The notes beneath the pieces are model-generated. The model had not been told where the DNA came from and did not search any database. It saw only the letters and a program-made list of their open reading frames with translations. Shown piece after piece: positions 38,616-38,720 of a stretch of 38,720 nucleotides of DNA (within the stretch, counting starts at the first letter, position 1; each line of letters begins with the position of its first letter). A program made the position numbers and the translations under genes. Source of the DNA: a virus; the IMG/VR virus record IMGVR_UViG_3300021963_000007. One strand, 5' to 3'.

Positions 38616-38720
38616 CTGACGTGACGCATTGTTCCGGAAACTTTTCTCGGCGTGTGACGCAAATGACGCATTGTTCCGGAAACTTTTCCCGGGATGATGC
38701 GCCGTTTTCGGCCGTGTGTG
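38594..38720. repeat. Terminal direct repeat, right copy, identical to 1..127
   Basis: 127/127 identity with the window start, read directly. Confidence 0.95.

Noticed and set aside
1-38720. tRNA, rRNA, tmRNA or other structured RNA genes.
   Set aside because: Non-coding gaps are short, all under about 170 bp except 1-415, and are occupied by promoters or hairpins. Nothing resembling a cloverleaf with a T-loop GTTCGAATC-type motif was seen by eye. A tRNAscan-type search would be needed to be certain.

Overview
The window reads as one complete, circularly closed dsDNA phage genome of about 38.6 kb. Bases 1-127 are identical to 38594-38720, so the unique unit is 38,593 bp. GC content is high, with several lower-GC patches. 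By eye it resembles a podovirus, with no tail tube, sheath or tape-measure genes. Gene order on the + strand: (1) a non-coding iteron-rich junction (1-415); (2) terS; (3) a 3.5-kb island of nine small early-type genes (1106-4419) driven by three near-identical sigma70-like promoters, ending in a wHTH gene, a small serine recombinase and an intrinsic terminator; (4) terL, portal, scaffold, major capsid, adaptor, two tail-fibre genes, an embedded lysis cassette, and large internal-virion proteins (4469-26528). A four-gene leftward operon (26530-28195) follows. A divergent promoter region (28196-28357) separates it from a rightward replication module (28358-38615): RuvC-like resolvase, SNF2 helicase, Cas4-like PD-(D/E)XK nuclease, DUF2815-like protein, family-A DNA polymerase and a Prim-Pol/SF3 helicase. 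This module is interrupted by a low-GC island of translationally coupled mini-genes (32558-34277). I saw no rRNA, tRNA or CRISPR array. The most notable observations are: opposed TGTGACGCAT iteron arrays at the primase/terS junction; an exact 11-nt translation-initiation motif shared by ten early genes on both strands; a double stem-loop intergenic element with compensatory changes; a 30-bp endolysin 5' remnant showing that a 2.2-kb tail-fibre cassette was inserted into a holin-endolysin pair; a 60-bp in-frame tandem repeat in a fibre-region gene; and a tandem family of mini-genes with a reiterated junction sequence. All family assignments rest on motifs read from the translations. No database search was possible.
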